Part shown: positions 49,157 through 58,192 of the stretch, piece after piece | Position numbering within the stretch: the stretch's first letter is position 1 | Layout: every line of letters starts with the position of its first letter | NCBI GenBank assembly: GCA_050741015.1 | Contig: JBOIFE010000116.1 | Span: forward strand, 108-64,107 | DNA from: Burkholderiales bacterium | GTDB lineage: Bacteria > Pseudomonadota > Gammaproteobacteria > Burkholderiales > SG8-39 | Length of the DNA: 64,000 bases | Reading direction: 5' to 3' | Notes under the pieces: generated by a model | Told to the model about the DNA's origin: nothing | The model's input: the letters and a program-made list of their open reading frames with translations, nothing else | Databases searched by the model: none | Program-made: the position numbers and the translations under genes

Positions 49157-50217
49157 GCAGGCGACAAAGACATGTAGCGCTCGATTTGCCCAAGCGTCAG
49201 TTGCCGCGCGTCGCCGCCTTGTGCCTGCTTCTTGTACCAATCCACCGTCCACTCGAGCGCGGCCTGCAGGCGCAATCGCGGGCGCCAGCCCAGGCGCGCG
49301 CGAGCCTTCGTGCTGTCGAGCCTGAGGAAGTGAGCCTCGTGCGGGTGTGAGCCCTTGTCCACGGTCCAGCCTGCTGGCGGACCCCACAGGCGAGCCACTG
49401 TGGATACGATCGTCTCCACCGGGACAGCGTCCTCATTGTCCGAGCCAAAATTCCATCCTTCCGAGAAATCCCGAGGCGCGGCGCACAGGCGCTCAGCCAG
49501 CTGCAGATATCCCGACACCGGCTCGAGCACGTGCTGCCATGGGCGGACCGCTTTCGGATTGCGCACGAGTACAGATTTGCCTGCAGCGGTCGCGCGCACC
49601 ATATCCGGAACGATTCGGTCCGCCGCCCAGTCGCCCCCGCCAATCACATTGCCGGCCCTTGCCGACGCGAGCGCCGGTGCATCCTCGCCGCTGAAAAACG
49701 ACGCGCGGTAGGCGGTGGTCACCAGCTCGGCGCAGCCCTTGCTGCTGCTGTAAGGGTCCCGGCCGCCCATCGGATCGTCCTCGCTGTAGGACTGGCCGGT
49801 TTCCAGGTTCTGGTAGCACTTGTCGCTGGTGACGTTGACGATCGCGCGCACACTGCCTGCGCGGCGGGCCGCTTCCAGTACGTGCACAGTGCCCAGCACG
49901 TTCGTGGCGTAGGTACCAACCGGGTCCTCATAGGACGGGCGCACCAGCGACTGTGCCGCAAGATGGAAGACGACTTCGGGCTGGAATGCAGTGATCGTTT
50001 TCGACAGCGTCGCGAGATCACGGATGTCGGCGGTGGTGCTGGCGACGCCAGATGCGGGTCCGGCCAATTGCCACAGCGAAGGCATGCTCGCCGGCGCCAG
50101 CGCGTAGCCGGCGACTCGTGCCCCGAGCGAGCCGAGCCACAGCGCGAGCCACGCCCCCTTGAATCCGGTGTGACCGGTGACGAAGACTTTCTTGCCCGCC
50201 CAGAACCCGCCGCCCAT
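49153..50217 (-). CDS. rfbG: CDP-glucose 4,6-dehydratase
   Basis: KKVFVTGHTGFKGAWL, VNVTSDKCY, PYSSSKGCAELV and RPWQHVLEP. Confidence 0.85.
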   Translation of the reverse strand: MGGGFWAGKKVFVTGHTGFKGAWLALWLGSLGARVAGYALAPASMPSLWQLAGPASGVASTTADIRDLATLSKTITAFQPEVVFHLAAQSLVRPSYEDPVGTYATNVLGTVHVLEAARRAGSVRAIVNVTSDKCYQNLETGQSYSEDDPMGGRDPYSSSKGCAELVTTAYRASFFSGEDAPALASARAGNVIGGGDWAADRIVPDMVRATAAGKSVLVRNPKAVRPWQHVLEPVSGYLQLAERLCAAPRDFSEGWNFGSDNEDAVPVETIVSTVARLWGPPAGWTVDKGSHPHEAHFLRLDSTKARARLGWRPRLRLQAALEWTVDWYKKQAQGGDARQLTLGQIERYMSLSPA

Positions 50218-50984
50218 TACCACTTCTTCCACGGCGGATTGCCGCCCGCCCAGAGCTCCTCGAGATAATTCTTGTCGCGCAGAGTGTCCATCGGCTGCCA
50301 GAAGCCGCGATGAGAGTAAGCGGCCAGCTGGCGCTCGCGCGCTAGCCGCTCGAGTGGGTCGCGCTCCCACACAGTGGCGTCGCCCGCGATGAGCTCGACA
50401 ACCGAGGGCGAGCACACGAAAAAACCCCCGTTAATCCAGCCGCCGTCGCCCTTGGGCTTTTCCTGGAAGCTGGTCACGCGCGCGCCGTCCATGACCAGCG
50501 AGCCGAAGCGCCCGGGCGGCTGCACCGCGGTAAGCGTCGCCTTCACCTTCTGCGCCCGGTGGAAGGCGATCAGCGCTTTCAAGTCGACGTCGGCGACGCC
50601 GTCGCCGTAGGTGAAGCAGAAGTCCTCTTTGCCCAGGTGCGGCGCCACCCGCCTGAGGCGCCCCCCGGTCTGTGTGGCCTCGCCCGTGTCCACCAGCGTC
50701 ACCTTCCAGGGCTCGGCGCTCTTCTGGTGCACCTGCATCGAGTTGTCGCGCATGTCGAACGTGACGTCCGACATGTGCAGGAAGTAGTTGGCGAAGTACT
50801 CCTTGATGACGTAGCCCTTATATCCAAGGCACACGATGAACTCGTCCACGCCCTGCGCGGAATAGATCTTCATGATGTGCCAGATGATCGGCTTGCCGCC
50901 AATCTCGATCATCGGCTTGGGCTTCACGGCGGACTCCTCGCTAATCCGCGTACCCATGCCGCCGGCGAGAATTACCGCTTTCAC
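50217..50984 (-). CDS. rfbF: glucose-1-phosphate cytidylyltransferase
   Basis: GTG start giving [18 protein letters not shown]. Motifs [17 protein letters not shown] and [12 protein letters not shown]. Confidence 0.85.
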   Translation of the reverse strand: MKAVILAGGMGTRISEESAVKPKPMIEIGGKPIIWHIMKIYSAQGVDEFIVCLGYKGYVIKEYFANYFLHMSDVTFDMRDNSMQVHQKSAEPWKVTLVDTGEATQTGGRLRRVAPHLGKEDFCFTYGDGVADVDLKALIAFHRAQKVKATLTAVQPPGRFGSLVMDGARVTSFQEKPKGDGGWINGGFFVCSPSVVELIAGDATVWERDPLERLARERQLAAYSHRGFWQPMDTLRDKNYLEELWAGGNPPWKKW

Positions 50985-50991
50985 GCTCTCA

Positions 50992-52065
50992 TTATCGCCC
51001 TGATTCCAACAGCTCGAGCGCCGCTTCGATGACCCGCGCGGCGTCCATGCGATCGAGGCAATCCGCGCGGCTCTGCCGGTGCCGCTCGCAGCCCTCCTGC
51101 TGGCACGGGACGCATGCGAGCGAAGGCTCCTGCAGCAGCACGACGCGATCGCGCCGCTGGAGCGGCTGCACTTTCTCGTACGGCTCAGCGAGTCCCTCGC
51201 GCGGGATGGGCCCCCACAGCCGCGGATCGGTCGGGCCGAAGAGCGCAACCGTCGGTGTGCCGCACGCGGCGGCGAGGTGCGTGGTCGCGGTATCCGGACC
51301 CACGTAGACCGCCGCCCGCCGGAGGAGGTCCGCGGTCTGGGCGAACCGCAAGCGCCCGGTCGTGTCGGTGACGGAGGGGCGCACTCCCGCGAGCACCTCG
51401 CGCGCGTACGCAAGTTCGTCCGCTCCCGGGCCGCCCGTGATCACGACGCGCATCCCCTGGCCGTGCAGCCACGCGATCAGCGCGTGCCAGCCCGGCGTGT
51501 TCCAGCGCTTGTAGCGAAAGCGCGGCGCGAGGTGCAGCACCGCGAAGCGCTCGGTGGCCGCATCGAACTCGACGAGCTCGCGCCAGGCCGCGGCCGGCGT
51601 GTGCGCGGTCGGCGCGACCATCGCCGGCCGCCACTCAATCTCGAGCGCCTCCGCGAGCGCGCGGTAGGCGACCGGCCGCGGCTGCTCGGCCGGCGAAATC
51701 ACCGACCGCTCGAGCAGCAGCGATTTCCACCAGCGCTTGCCCGGCTCCGGCGGCAGGAGCCCCACGCGCCGTCGCGCCGCCAGCCAGCCGCAGAGGTGCG
51801 GGCGGTCCGCCGTCTCCGCGATCACCGCGAGGTCATATCGTTGCCCCAGCGCGCGCCAGAGCGGGAGGATCTCGCCGCGCTCGGTCGCGATCGCGCGGCG
51901 CACGTCCGGATTGCCTTCGAGCGCGCCCTCTCCACCAGCGAAGACGAGCGCGTCGATCGCGGCGACCGGGTAAGCGGCGCGCAGCGACCGGATGAGCGGC
52001 GTGGCGAGCAGCAGGTCGCCGAGGTAGCGCAGCGAGACGACGAGGATCGAGCGCGGGTCGTTCAT
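50992..52065 (-). CDS. GT9-family LPS heptosyltransferase
   Basis: [22 protein letters not shown] and [26 protein letters not shown]. Confidence 0.8.
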   Translation of the reverse strand: MNDPRSILVVSLRYLGDLLLATPLIRSLRAAYPVAAIDALVFAGGEGALEGNPDVRRAIATERGEILPLWRALGQRYDLAVIAETADRPHLCGWLAARRRVGLLPPEPGKRWWKSLLLERSVISPAEQPRPVAYRALAEALEIEWRPAMVAPTAHTPAAAWRELVEFDAATERFAVLHLAPRFRYKRWNTPGWHALIAWLHGQGMRVVITGGPGADELAYAREVLAGVRPSVTDTTGRLRFAQTADLLRRAAVYVGPDTATTHLAAACGTPTVALFGPTDPRLWGPIPREGLAEPYEKVQPLQRRDRVVLLQEPSLACVPCQQEGCERHRQSRADCLDRMDAARVIEAALELLESGR

Positions 52066-52098
52066 CGGCTTACCCGATGCAGCCGAAGCGCTCCCGGG

Positions 52099-52323
52099 CT
52101 ATTCGTGCTCGAAAAGCCGGCGCGGCAGCCCGGTCTGCCGAATTATCGATTGAAGTGTCCCGATACGGATCTCGTCGTGCATCGGCACGGGCACCGTGAC
52201 GGTCGACGTCTCCGTTCGCTTCTGCATGACAGCGTGGCTTCCCCGCTGCCTCACCTGCTGGAACCCGTACTGCGACAGCAGCCGGCATAGCTCCTTGCCG
52301 GAAAAGACGCGTAGCCTACCCAA
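52099..52323 (-). CDS. hicA: HicA-family mRNA-interferase toxin
   Basis: 74 aa. SGKELCRLLSQYGFQQVRQRGSHAVMQK is the HicA/YcfA dsRBD-like signature with a catalytic His. TTG start overlapping the hicB stop by 8 nt. Confidence 0.8.
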   Translation of the reverse strand: MGRLRVFSGKELCRLLSQYGFQQVRQRGSHAVMQKRTETSTVTVPVPMHDEIRIGTLQSIIRQTGLPRRLFEHE

Positions 52324-52543
52324 CGGCGATCTCGACGCGAGTCACGAATATCTCTTCGTGCAGGCGCGTCGTTATTTCCGCCGTATCCGCGGTCTCGAAG
52401 AACAACTCCAGCGCTTCCTTCAGATTGGCGCGCGCCTGCTCGATGCTGGTGCCCTGGCTGGCAATGTCCAGTTCCGGGCAGAGCGCGACGTAACCGTCAC
52501 CCTCTCGTTCGATGATCGCGGTAAGTTCCCGGTTCTGCGCCAT
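52316..52543 (-). CDS. hicB: HicB-family (UPF0150) antitoxin, short form
   Basis: The ATG at 52543 is preceded by GGGAGGAG. LTAIIEREGDGYVALCPELDIASQGTSIEQARANLKEALELF is the HicB N-domain pattern. 75 aa with no appended DNA-binding domain. Confidence 0.75.
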   Translation of the reverse strand: MAQNRELTAIIEREGDGYVALCPELDIASQGTSIEQARANLKEALELFFETADTAEITTRLHEEIFVTRVEIAVG

Positions 52544-52607
52544 GTGCTCCTCCCGGCAATTGCGCCATTGTCGCATGAGCGCGCCGCGCGCGGCGATTTC
52601 CGGTCAA

Positions 52608-54680
52608 TCAGTCAAGCCTGAATTCCGCTGAAACGTAGAACGTCCGCCCCGGCAGGGGATACACCGAGTAGCGGTCGGGGGTGAACGCGCTGCGCACCGC
52701 GTAAGTGTAGTATTTCTCGTCGAACAGGTTGTTCGCCGCCGCCGCGAGCCGGCCCCAGCCGAAGTCGTGCGCGAGCTTGAGGTCCGCCACGGCGAACGCC
52801 GGAATCTGCGTGCCGAGCGTGTTGGGCTCGTCGTTGTCCATGTACTGCGCGCTCATCGCGGTGACCGTCCCCGTCAGCTGTGTGCGCGCATCGATGTCCC
52901 AGGTCGCGCCAAGGTCAATCTTGTGCTCGGGCACGAGCGGCACGTGGCGGCCGGCGATGTCGAGGTTGGTGCCGATGGCGAAGCCGCTGCCCGGCAGCAC
53001 GCCGTCGAGAAAGCGTGCGTCGGTCCAGGTATAAGCGCCGAAGATGCGAAGCTGCCCAGCGACGCGCGACTCACCCTCGAGCTCCATGCCCTGGCGACGT
53101 GACGGCGGGAGGTTCGTGTTGCCTACGCCGGTGGTGAACGGGTCGAGATGGATTTCATCCTGCACGTCGATCTGGAACAGGGTCAGGCGCGTCCGTGCCC
53201 GAGCGCCACGCCATTCGCCCCCTATCTCGTTCGTGCGCGCGGTCTGCGGCCGCAGGATCTGGAACTGGGCGTTGAAGAATGCGTCGTTCTCGTAGATCTC
53301 GTCGACGCCCACGAACCGGTACGAACGCCCGGCGCGCGCGAACGCGTTCCATTCGGCCGAAAACACCTGCTTGAGCCCGAGCTCCCAGGCGTGCTGCTGC
53401 TGGCGCTGGGACGCGGCCGGCGCTTCGGTGCCGAAGGCGCCGCCCGGCGCCGTCGGGTCGAGCTTGTCGGTCGCGTCGTAGTCGACGCTTTCCTCGCGCC
53501 AGCCCAGCGTGGCGAGCGTGCTCGATGTCAACTGGATTGCGTCCTGCGCATACCAGCCCAGGCTTTCGCGGTCGATCCCCACGCGGTTCACCGGCTGCCC
53601 GATGTCCTGCGGCACGCCGGTGCGCTTCGAGTCGTAGCGCCACTGCACCCAGTCCACGCCGAGCGTCAGCCGGTGCGAGGTGCCGCCCAGTCCGAACGGG
53701 ATGCGAAGCCGCGGCGTGAGCGCGGTGTAGTCGAGCTCGTCGTCGCGATACGAGGGAAACCCCATCTGGTCGAAGTACGCCGTCTGGTGCTTGCCGCGCC
53801 AGTCGGCGCCCACGTTGAGCTCGGTATCGCCGATCCGGGTGACCAATGTCGCGCCGGCGCGGTCGCCGTCGCGCGTGGACCAATCGAGCGGCGTCTGCGC
53901 GCCCCGCGGGTCGGCCGCGTACTCGTCCAGGCCGATCGAGGGCTGGATCGTGCGCGCGCCCGGCAGGCGCAGGTCCTGCCGGTCGGTCCCGAAGCGCATG
54001 TCGAGATAGCTTTCGCCGGGGCCCCAGCGCAGGTTCAGGCTCGAGTTGCGCTGCAGGTTCCGGTTGTTGTCGCGATAGCCCTGGGAGTCGTAGCCGTAGA
54101 GCGTCGCGTTCACGCCGAGCGACTCGCCCGCGGCGCTCGCGTACAGCTGCCCTTCATTGGTGCGGTAGGTGCCGACGCGCGCCTGCGCCTCGAATGCCTT
54201 GCCCTGCTTGAGCGGCGAGCGCGTGATGATGTTGATTACGCCCGCGGTCGCGCCGTCGCCATAGAGCACGGCGCCCGTGCCGCGCAGGATCTCGATGCGC
54301 TCGATCGAGGAGAGTGGAATCGCCGCCCATTGCACGCCCGACAGGTCGATGTCGGTGACGCGGCGCCCGTCGACCAGGATCAGCGTGTTCTGCGTGCCCG
54401 TCACGCCGAAGCCGCGCAGGTCGATCGAGGTCGTGGCCGCGTTGTTGCCGTAGAAGTCCTTCATCGTGAGCCCCGCCTGCCCGGAGAGGAGCTCGGGCAG
54501 CGTTCGCGCCGGGCTGCGCGCGATGTCATCGGCGTTCAGCACGGTCACGCTGGCGGGAAGGCGCTGCGCCTCTTCCGGGAACCGCGTGGCCTCGATAAGA
54601 ACCGCGCCGTCCGACTGGGCGAGCACGTGTGTGGCGTATGTGGCGAGCGCGGCGAGCGCCGCAACGGTTGCGATGCGCAT
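52608..54680 (-). CDS. btuB: TonB-dependent outer-membrane receptor, cobalamin-type (btuB-like)
   Basis: Internal ATG giving signal peptide MRIATVAALAALATYATHVLAQ. Plug motifs VTVLNADDI and IERIEILRGTGAVLYG. Preceded by a cobalamin riboswitch. Confidence 0.85.
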   Translation of the reverse strand: MRIATVAALAALATYATHVLAQSDGAVLIEATRFPEEAQRLPASVTVLNADDIARSPARTLPELLSGQAGLTMKDFYGNNAATTSIDLRGFGVTGTQNTLILVDGRRVTDIDLSGVQWAAIPLSSIERIEILRGTGAVLYGDGATAGVINIITRSPLKQGKAFEAQARVGTYRTNEGQLYASAAGESLGVNATLYGYDSQGYRDNNRNLQRNSSLNLRWGPGESYLDMRFGTDRQDLRLPGARTIQPSIGLDEYAADPRGAQTPLDWSTRDGDRAGATLVTRIGDTELNVGADWRGKHQTAYFDQMGFPSYRDDELDYTALTPRLRIPFGLGGTSHRLTLGVDWVQWRYDSKRTGVPQDIGQPVNRVGIDRESLGWYAQDAIQLTSSTLATLGWREESVDYDATDKLDPTAPGGAFGTEAPAASQRQQQHAWELGLKQVFSAEWNAFARAGRSYRFVGVDEIYENDAFFNAQFQILRPQTARTNEIGGEWRGARARTRLTLFQIDVQDEIHLDPFTTGVGNTNLPPSRRQGMELEGESRVAGQLRIFGAYTWTDARFLDGVLPGSGFAIGTNLDIAGRHVPLVPEHKIDLGATWDIDARTQLTGTVTAMSAQYMDNDEPNTLGTQIPAFAVADLKLAHDFGWGRLAAAANNLFDEKYYTYAVRSAFTPDRYSVYPLPGRTFYVSAEFRLD

Positions 54681-54721
54681 GTGTGAACCCTCCCCGGCGT
54701 CATCCCCGACGCCCCAAAGCG

Positions 54722-54935
54722 GTTGAGAAAGACGCCAAGGCCGGTCTCCGGACTCGCGAGCGGGCGCGCGTGCATCTTCGCGCCTGGGCGTGCCGCCTTC
54801 CCGTGAGGATCGCCTCACAGTGGCCGGGGGGCACGCCCTCTCGCCTACCGTTGCGGGGGCAGTACAGGCATTGCGGCGGGGCCGCGCACCTGTTTCCCGT
54901 TTCATCCGCTGGGGTTGGAACCCGCGCGGACACCT
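54722..54935 (-). promoter_or_regulatory. cobalamin (B12) riboswitch in the btuB leader
   Basis: On the minus strand the leader reads GGTTCC...GAAACGGGAAACAGGTGCG...GCCCCCGCAAC...CCACTG...GGGAAGGC. A B12 box AGTCCGGAGACCGGCC follows (plus-strand coordinates 54739-54754). Next is a GGCGTC/GACGCC hairpin next to the GGAGGG Shine-Dalgarno sequence. Confidence 0.8.
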
Positions 54936-54955
54936 TGCCGTCGACTACGAGGACG

Positions 54956-54961
54956 ATTATA
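54956..54961 (-). promoter_or_regulatory. candidate -10 box (TATAAT) of the btuB/riboswitch promoter
   Basis: The minus strand reads TTGTGC-17 nt-TATAAT about 20 nt upstream of the riboswitch start. The -35 region overlaps the btuF start codon on the other strand. Confidence 0.35.
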
Positions 54962-54970
54962 CAAACCGGC

Positions 54971-55858
54971 ATGTCGCGCACAACCACAATCCTCGCCGCC
55001 ATCCTTTTCGCTGCTGCGGGCGCGGTGCAGGCCGAGGTCCGCGCGCTCGACGACTACGGCGACGCGGTCGTGCTCGCCGCACCTGCGCGGCGCGTGGTGA
55101 GCCTCGCGCCTCACCTCACCGAGCTGATGTACGACGCGGGCGCGGGCGATCGCATGGTCGGAGCGCTCGCCTACAGCGACTACCCTGCCGCGGCGCGGCG
55201 GCTGCCACGAGTGGGTAGCGAGGGGGCGATCGACCTGGAGGCGCTGGTTGCGCTCAAACCCGACCTCGTGCTCGCCTGGCCGGATTCGGGCAGCGCGGCG
55301 TCGGTGCGACGCATCGCAGCGCTTGGGATCCCGGTCTATCGCTCCGAGCCGCGCGAGCTCGAGGACATTGCGCGCACGCTGGAGCGGCTCGGTCGCCTTG
55401 CCGGCACCGAAGCGCAGGCCGACCGTGCCGCGCGGGCCTTCCGCGAGCGGGCAGCGCGCATCGCCCGTGACTACGGCACGCGCCCGACTGTGCGCGTCTT
55501 CTACGAGATCTGGAACCGTCCACTGATGACGGTCAACGGCAATCACGTCATCAGCAAGGTCATTCGCCTTTGCGGTGGCGTGAACGTCATGGCCGACCTG
55601 CCCGCGCTCGCGCCCGAGATCGACCGCGAGCTCGTGCTGCGGGCCGACCCCGAAGTGATCCTGGCCAGCGGCGCCGGCGGCCGGCGCCCGGCCTGGCTGG
55701 ACGACTGGCGCGCCTATCCGGGGCTCTCCGCCGTGCGTGCTGACAATCTCTTTACGATTCGCGCCGACCTGCTGCAGCGCCAGACGCCGAGAATCCTGGA
55801 TGGGGCCGAGATCCTGTGCCGGATGCTGCAGGCGGCCCGGGCCAAAAGGGGGGCCTGA
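54971..55858 (+). CDS. btuF: periplasmic cobalamin-binding protein (BtuF-like)
   Basis: Internal ATG giving signal peptide MSRTTTILAAILFAAAGAVQA. Motifs RVVSLAPHLTELMYDAGAG, KPDLVLAW and IWNRPLMTVNGNH. Confidence 0.8.
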   Translation: MSRTTTILAAILFAAAGAVQAEVRALDDYGDAVVLAAPARRVVSLAPHLTELMYDAGAGDRMVGALAYSDYPAAARRLPRVGSEGAIDLEALVALKPDLVLAWPDSGSAASVRRIAALGIPVYRSEPRELEDIARTLERLGRLAGTEAQADRAARAFRERAARIARDYGTRPTVRVFYEIWNRPLMTVNGNHVISKVIRLCGGVNVMADLPALAPEIDRELVLRADPEVILASGAGGRRPAWLDDWRAYPGLSAVRADNLFTIRADLLQRQTPRILDGAEILCRMLQAARAKRGA

Positions 55859-55915
55859 AGCCTTCTCAGGAAACACATTCAGAACCGCCCCTTATTTCTT
55901 GACGCAGTAGCGGTT

Positions 55916-56125
55916 TTGAAAGATAGTTGCCGCGTGCAGGAGGAGCTCACCTCGCTCGAGGCCAAGGTCGCGCAGTTCGTCGGACTGTGCGAGCGGCTGC
56001 GCGCGGAGAACATCTCGCTGCGCCAGGAGCTGGCCACCGCGCGCAACGACGCCAAGCGCCTCAACGAGAAGATCGACGGCGCACGCAACCGGGTCGAGCA
56101 ACTGCTCGCCCGCCTGCCCGAGTGA
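55916..56125 (+). CDS. small coiled-coil protein found upstream of zapA (ZapB-like/TIGR02449-like)
   Basis: 63-69 aa, heptad-rich: LEAKVAQFVGLCERLRAENISLRQELATARNDAKRLNEKI. GTGA junction with zapA. Alternative GTG start at 55934. Confidence 0.6.
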   Translation: MKDSCRVQEELTSLEAKVAQFVGLCERLRAENISLRQELATARNDAKRLNEKIDGARNRVEQLLARLPE

Positions 56126-56454
56126 GCGCCAACGGCAAGCGCGCCACCGACGACGTCCAGGCGCTCGACGTCACGCTTCTGGGACGCTCCTACCGCGTTT
56201 CCTGCGCCGAGGACGAGCGCGAAGCGCTGATGCAGGCGGTCTCCTACCTCGAAGGCAAGATGAACGAGATCAAGAAGGCGGGCAAGGTCGCCGGCGCGGA
56301 GCGCATCGCCGTGATGGCGGCGCTCAACGTCGCGCACGAGTTGCTCAGCATGCGGCTCGGCCAGGGTTTTGACTTGGGGGAGGCCAAGCGTAGAATCGCT
56401 TCGATGGAGGCGAGGCTGGAAGCGGTGCTCGCCAAGCAGGAGAAGTTGTTCTAG
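56122..56454 (+). CDS. zapA: cell division protein ZapA
   Basis: GTG start. Motifs LDVTLLGRSYRVSCAEDEREALMQAVSYLEGKMNEIK and RIAVMAALNVAHELL. Confidence 0.85.
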   Translation: MSANGKRATDDVQALDVTLLGRSYRVSCAEDEREALMQAVSYLEGKMNEIKKAGKVAGAERIAVMAALNVAHELLSMRLGQGFDLGEAKRRIASMEARLEAVLAKQEKLF

Positions 56455-56467
56455 TCGTTTGTTGCTC

Positions 56468-56658
56468 AATGTTCCCTGCTGTGTTCGACCGGGCTCTAAT
56501 TTTCCGAACCGATAGCTTCCTTAGGTTGCAGACCTAGCGTCACTGTTGCGATCGTCCCTCCTTCGGGTGCCGGACGAACCTGAGGTGACCGGCAAGCGAC
56601 CGCCCTGAACAAGCACAGGGTTCGGGAGCAGAGCCCACCGGCATGCGCGGGGAACACC
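56468..56658 (+). ncRNA. ssrS: 6S RNA
   Basis: Lies immediately downstream of zapA, as in E. coli. The 5' arm TGTTCCCTGCTGTGTTCGACCGGGC...CCGATAGCTTCC and the 3' arm CCCTGAACAAGCACAGGGTTCGGGAGCAGAGCCCACCGGCATGCGCGGGGAACA can pair into a long closing stem. They also resemble the E. coli 6S blocks GUUCGCAAGCGGGC..GCCGAUAUUUC and CCUUGAAC..GGGUUC..CAGCC..GGCAUC. Confidence 0.7.
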
Positions 56659-56662
56659 ACCC

Positions 56663-57121
56663 ATGAAGTACTGGCTCATGAAGTCCGAGCCCGACGAGTG
56701 CTCGATCGACGACGCGCTCGCCGCGCCGCGCCGGATCACGCCCTGGACCGGCGTGCGCAACTACCAGGCGCGCAATTTCATGCGCGACGGCATGGGCGTC
56801 GGCGACGGCGTGTTGTTCTACCACTCGAGCTGCCCCGAGCCCGGGATCGCCGGCCTTGCCGAGGTCGCCAGCGCCGCCTATACGGACCCGACGCAGTTCC
56901 AGCGGCGCAGCCCCTACTTCGACCCGGCCGCGAAGCGCGACGCCCCGCGCTGGATGATGGTGGACGTGCGTGCGACGAAGAAGACGCGGCTCGCGACGCT
57001 CGCCGATCTGCGATCGCACAAGGCCCTCGCGAAGATGTGGCTGCTGCGGCCCGGCTCGCGCCTCTCGATCACGCCGGTGAGCGACGCGGAGTGGCGCTAC
57101 ATCACCGGCAAGCTCCTTTGA
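56663..57121 (+). CDS. EVE (PUA-like) domain protein
   Basis: [31 protein letters not shown] and GDGVLFYHS. 152 aa. Confidence 0.8.
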   Translation: MKYWLMKSEPDECSIDDALAAPRRITPWTGVRNYQARNFMRDGMGVGDGVLFYHSSCPEPGIAGLAEVASAAYTDPTQFQRRSPYFDPAAKRDAPRWMMVDVRATKKTRLATLADLRSHKALAKMWLLRPGSRLSITPVSDAEWRYITGKLL

Positions 57122-58191
57122 TGAACGACGTGCTGCTGCGGGCGCTGGCCCGCGAGCCCACCGAGTACACCCCGGTCTGGCTCATGCGCCAGGCCGGCCG
57201 CTACCTGCCGGAGTACCGTGCGACGCGCGAGCGCGCCGGTAGCTTCCTCGCCCTCGCGCGCTCGCCCGCGCTCGCGACCGAAGTCACGCTCCAGCCGCTC
57301 GAACGGTTTCCGCTCGATGCCGCGATTCTGTTCTCCGACATCCTCACCGTGCCCGACGCGATGGGCCTCGGATTGCACTTCGCCGAAGGCGAGGGTCCGC
57401 GCTTCGAGCGACCCCTGCGAGATGAGGCCGCAATCCGGGCGCTCGCCGCTCCCGACCCGGCCGGGCCCCTCGGCTACGTGATCGACGCGGTGCGCGAGAT
57501 CCGCAAATCGCTCGCGGGTCGCGTTCCGCTCATCGGCTTTGCCGGCAGCCCCTTCACGCTCGCCTGCTACATGGTGGAAGGCCGGGGCAGCGACGATTGG
57601 CGCATGTTGAAGACGATGCTCTACGCGCGTCCGGACCTGCTGCACTGCATCCTCCAGGTCAATGCAAGGGCGGTGACGGACTATCTCAACGCGCAGATCG
57701 AGGCGGGCGCGCAAGCAGTGATGCTGTTCGACACCTGGGGCGGCCAGCTGAGTCACGAGGGGTACGAGGAATTCTCGCTCGCCTACACTCGACGCGTGCT
57801 CGCGGGCCTGACCAAGGTGAGCGCCGGCCGCCGCGTGCCGTCGATCCTGTTCACCAAGGGCGGTGGGGCGTGGCTGGAAGCGATGGCGGCGAGCGGCTGC
57901 GATGCAGTGGGGTTGGATTGGACCGTCGACGCGGCCAAAGCGCGCGCGCGCGTTGGAGCGCGTGTCGCGCTGCAAGGCAACCTCGATCCCGCCGTACTCT
58001 TTTCGCCGCCCGACCGCGTGCGGGAAGAGGTGCGGCGCGTGCTCGATGCGTTCGGGCCTGCGCCCGGCCACGTATTCAACCTCGGGCACGGAATTTCGCA
58101 ACACGCCCCGACCGACAGCGTCGCCGCGCTCGTGGACGAAGTGCGCACTTACAGCCTCAAAATGCGCGGCACCGCGCAAAAAACCGCTTGA
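57121..58191 (+). CDS. hemE: uroporphyrinogen decarboxylase
   Basis: Internal ATG, sharing one base with the EVE gene stop. Motifs [32 protein letters not shown] and VFNLGHGI. Confidence 0.92.
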   Translation: MNDVLLRALAREPTEYTPVWLMRQAGRYLPEYRATRERAGSFLALARSPALATEVTLQPLERFPLDAAILFSDILTVPDAMGLGLHFAEGEGPRFERPLRDEAAIRALAAPDPAGPLGYVIDAVREIRKSLAGRVPLIGFAGSPFTLACYMVEGRGSDDWRMLKTMLYARPDLLHCILQVNARAVTDYLNAQIEAGAQAVMLFDTWGGQLSHEGYEEFSLAYTRRVLAGLTKVSAGRRVPSILFTKGGGAWLEAMAASGCDAVGLDWTVDAAKARARVGARVALQGNLDPAVLFSPPDRVREEVRRVLDAFGPAPGHVFNLGHGISQHAPTDSVAALVDEVRTYSLKMRGTAQKTA

Positions 58192-58192
58192 C

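Noticed and set aside
49399-49407. A DnaA-box-like TGTGGATAC (8/9 match).
   Set aside because: It is an isolated single near-match inside the rfbG coding sequence with no neighbouring boxes.
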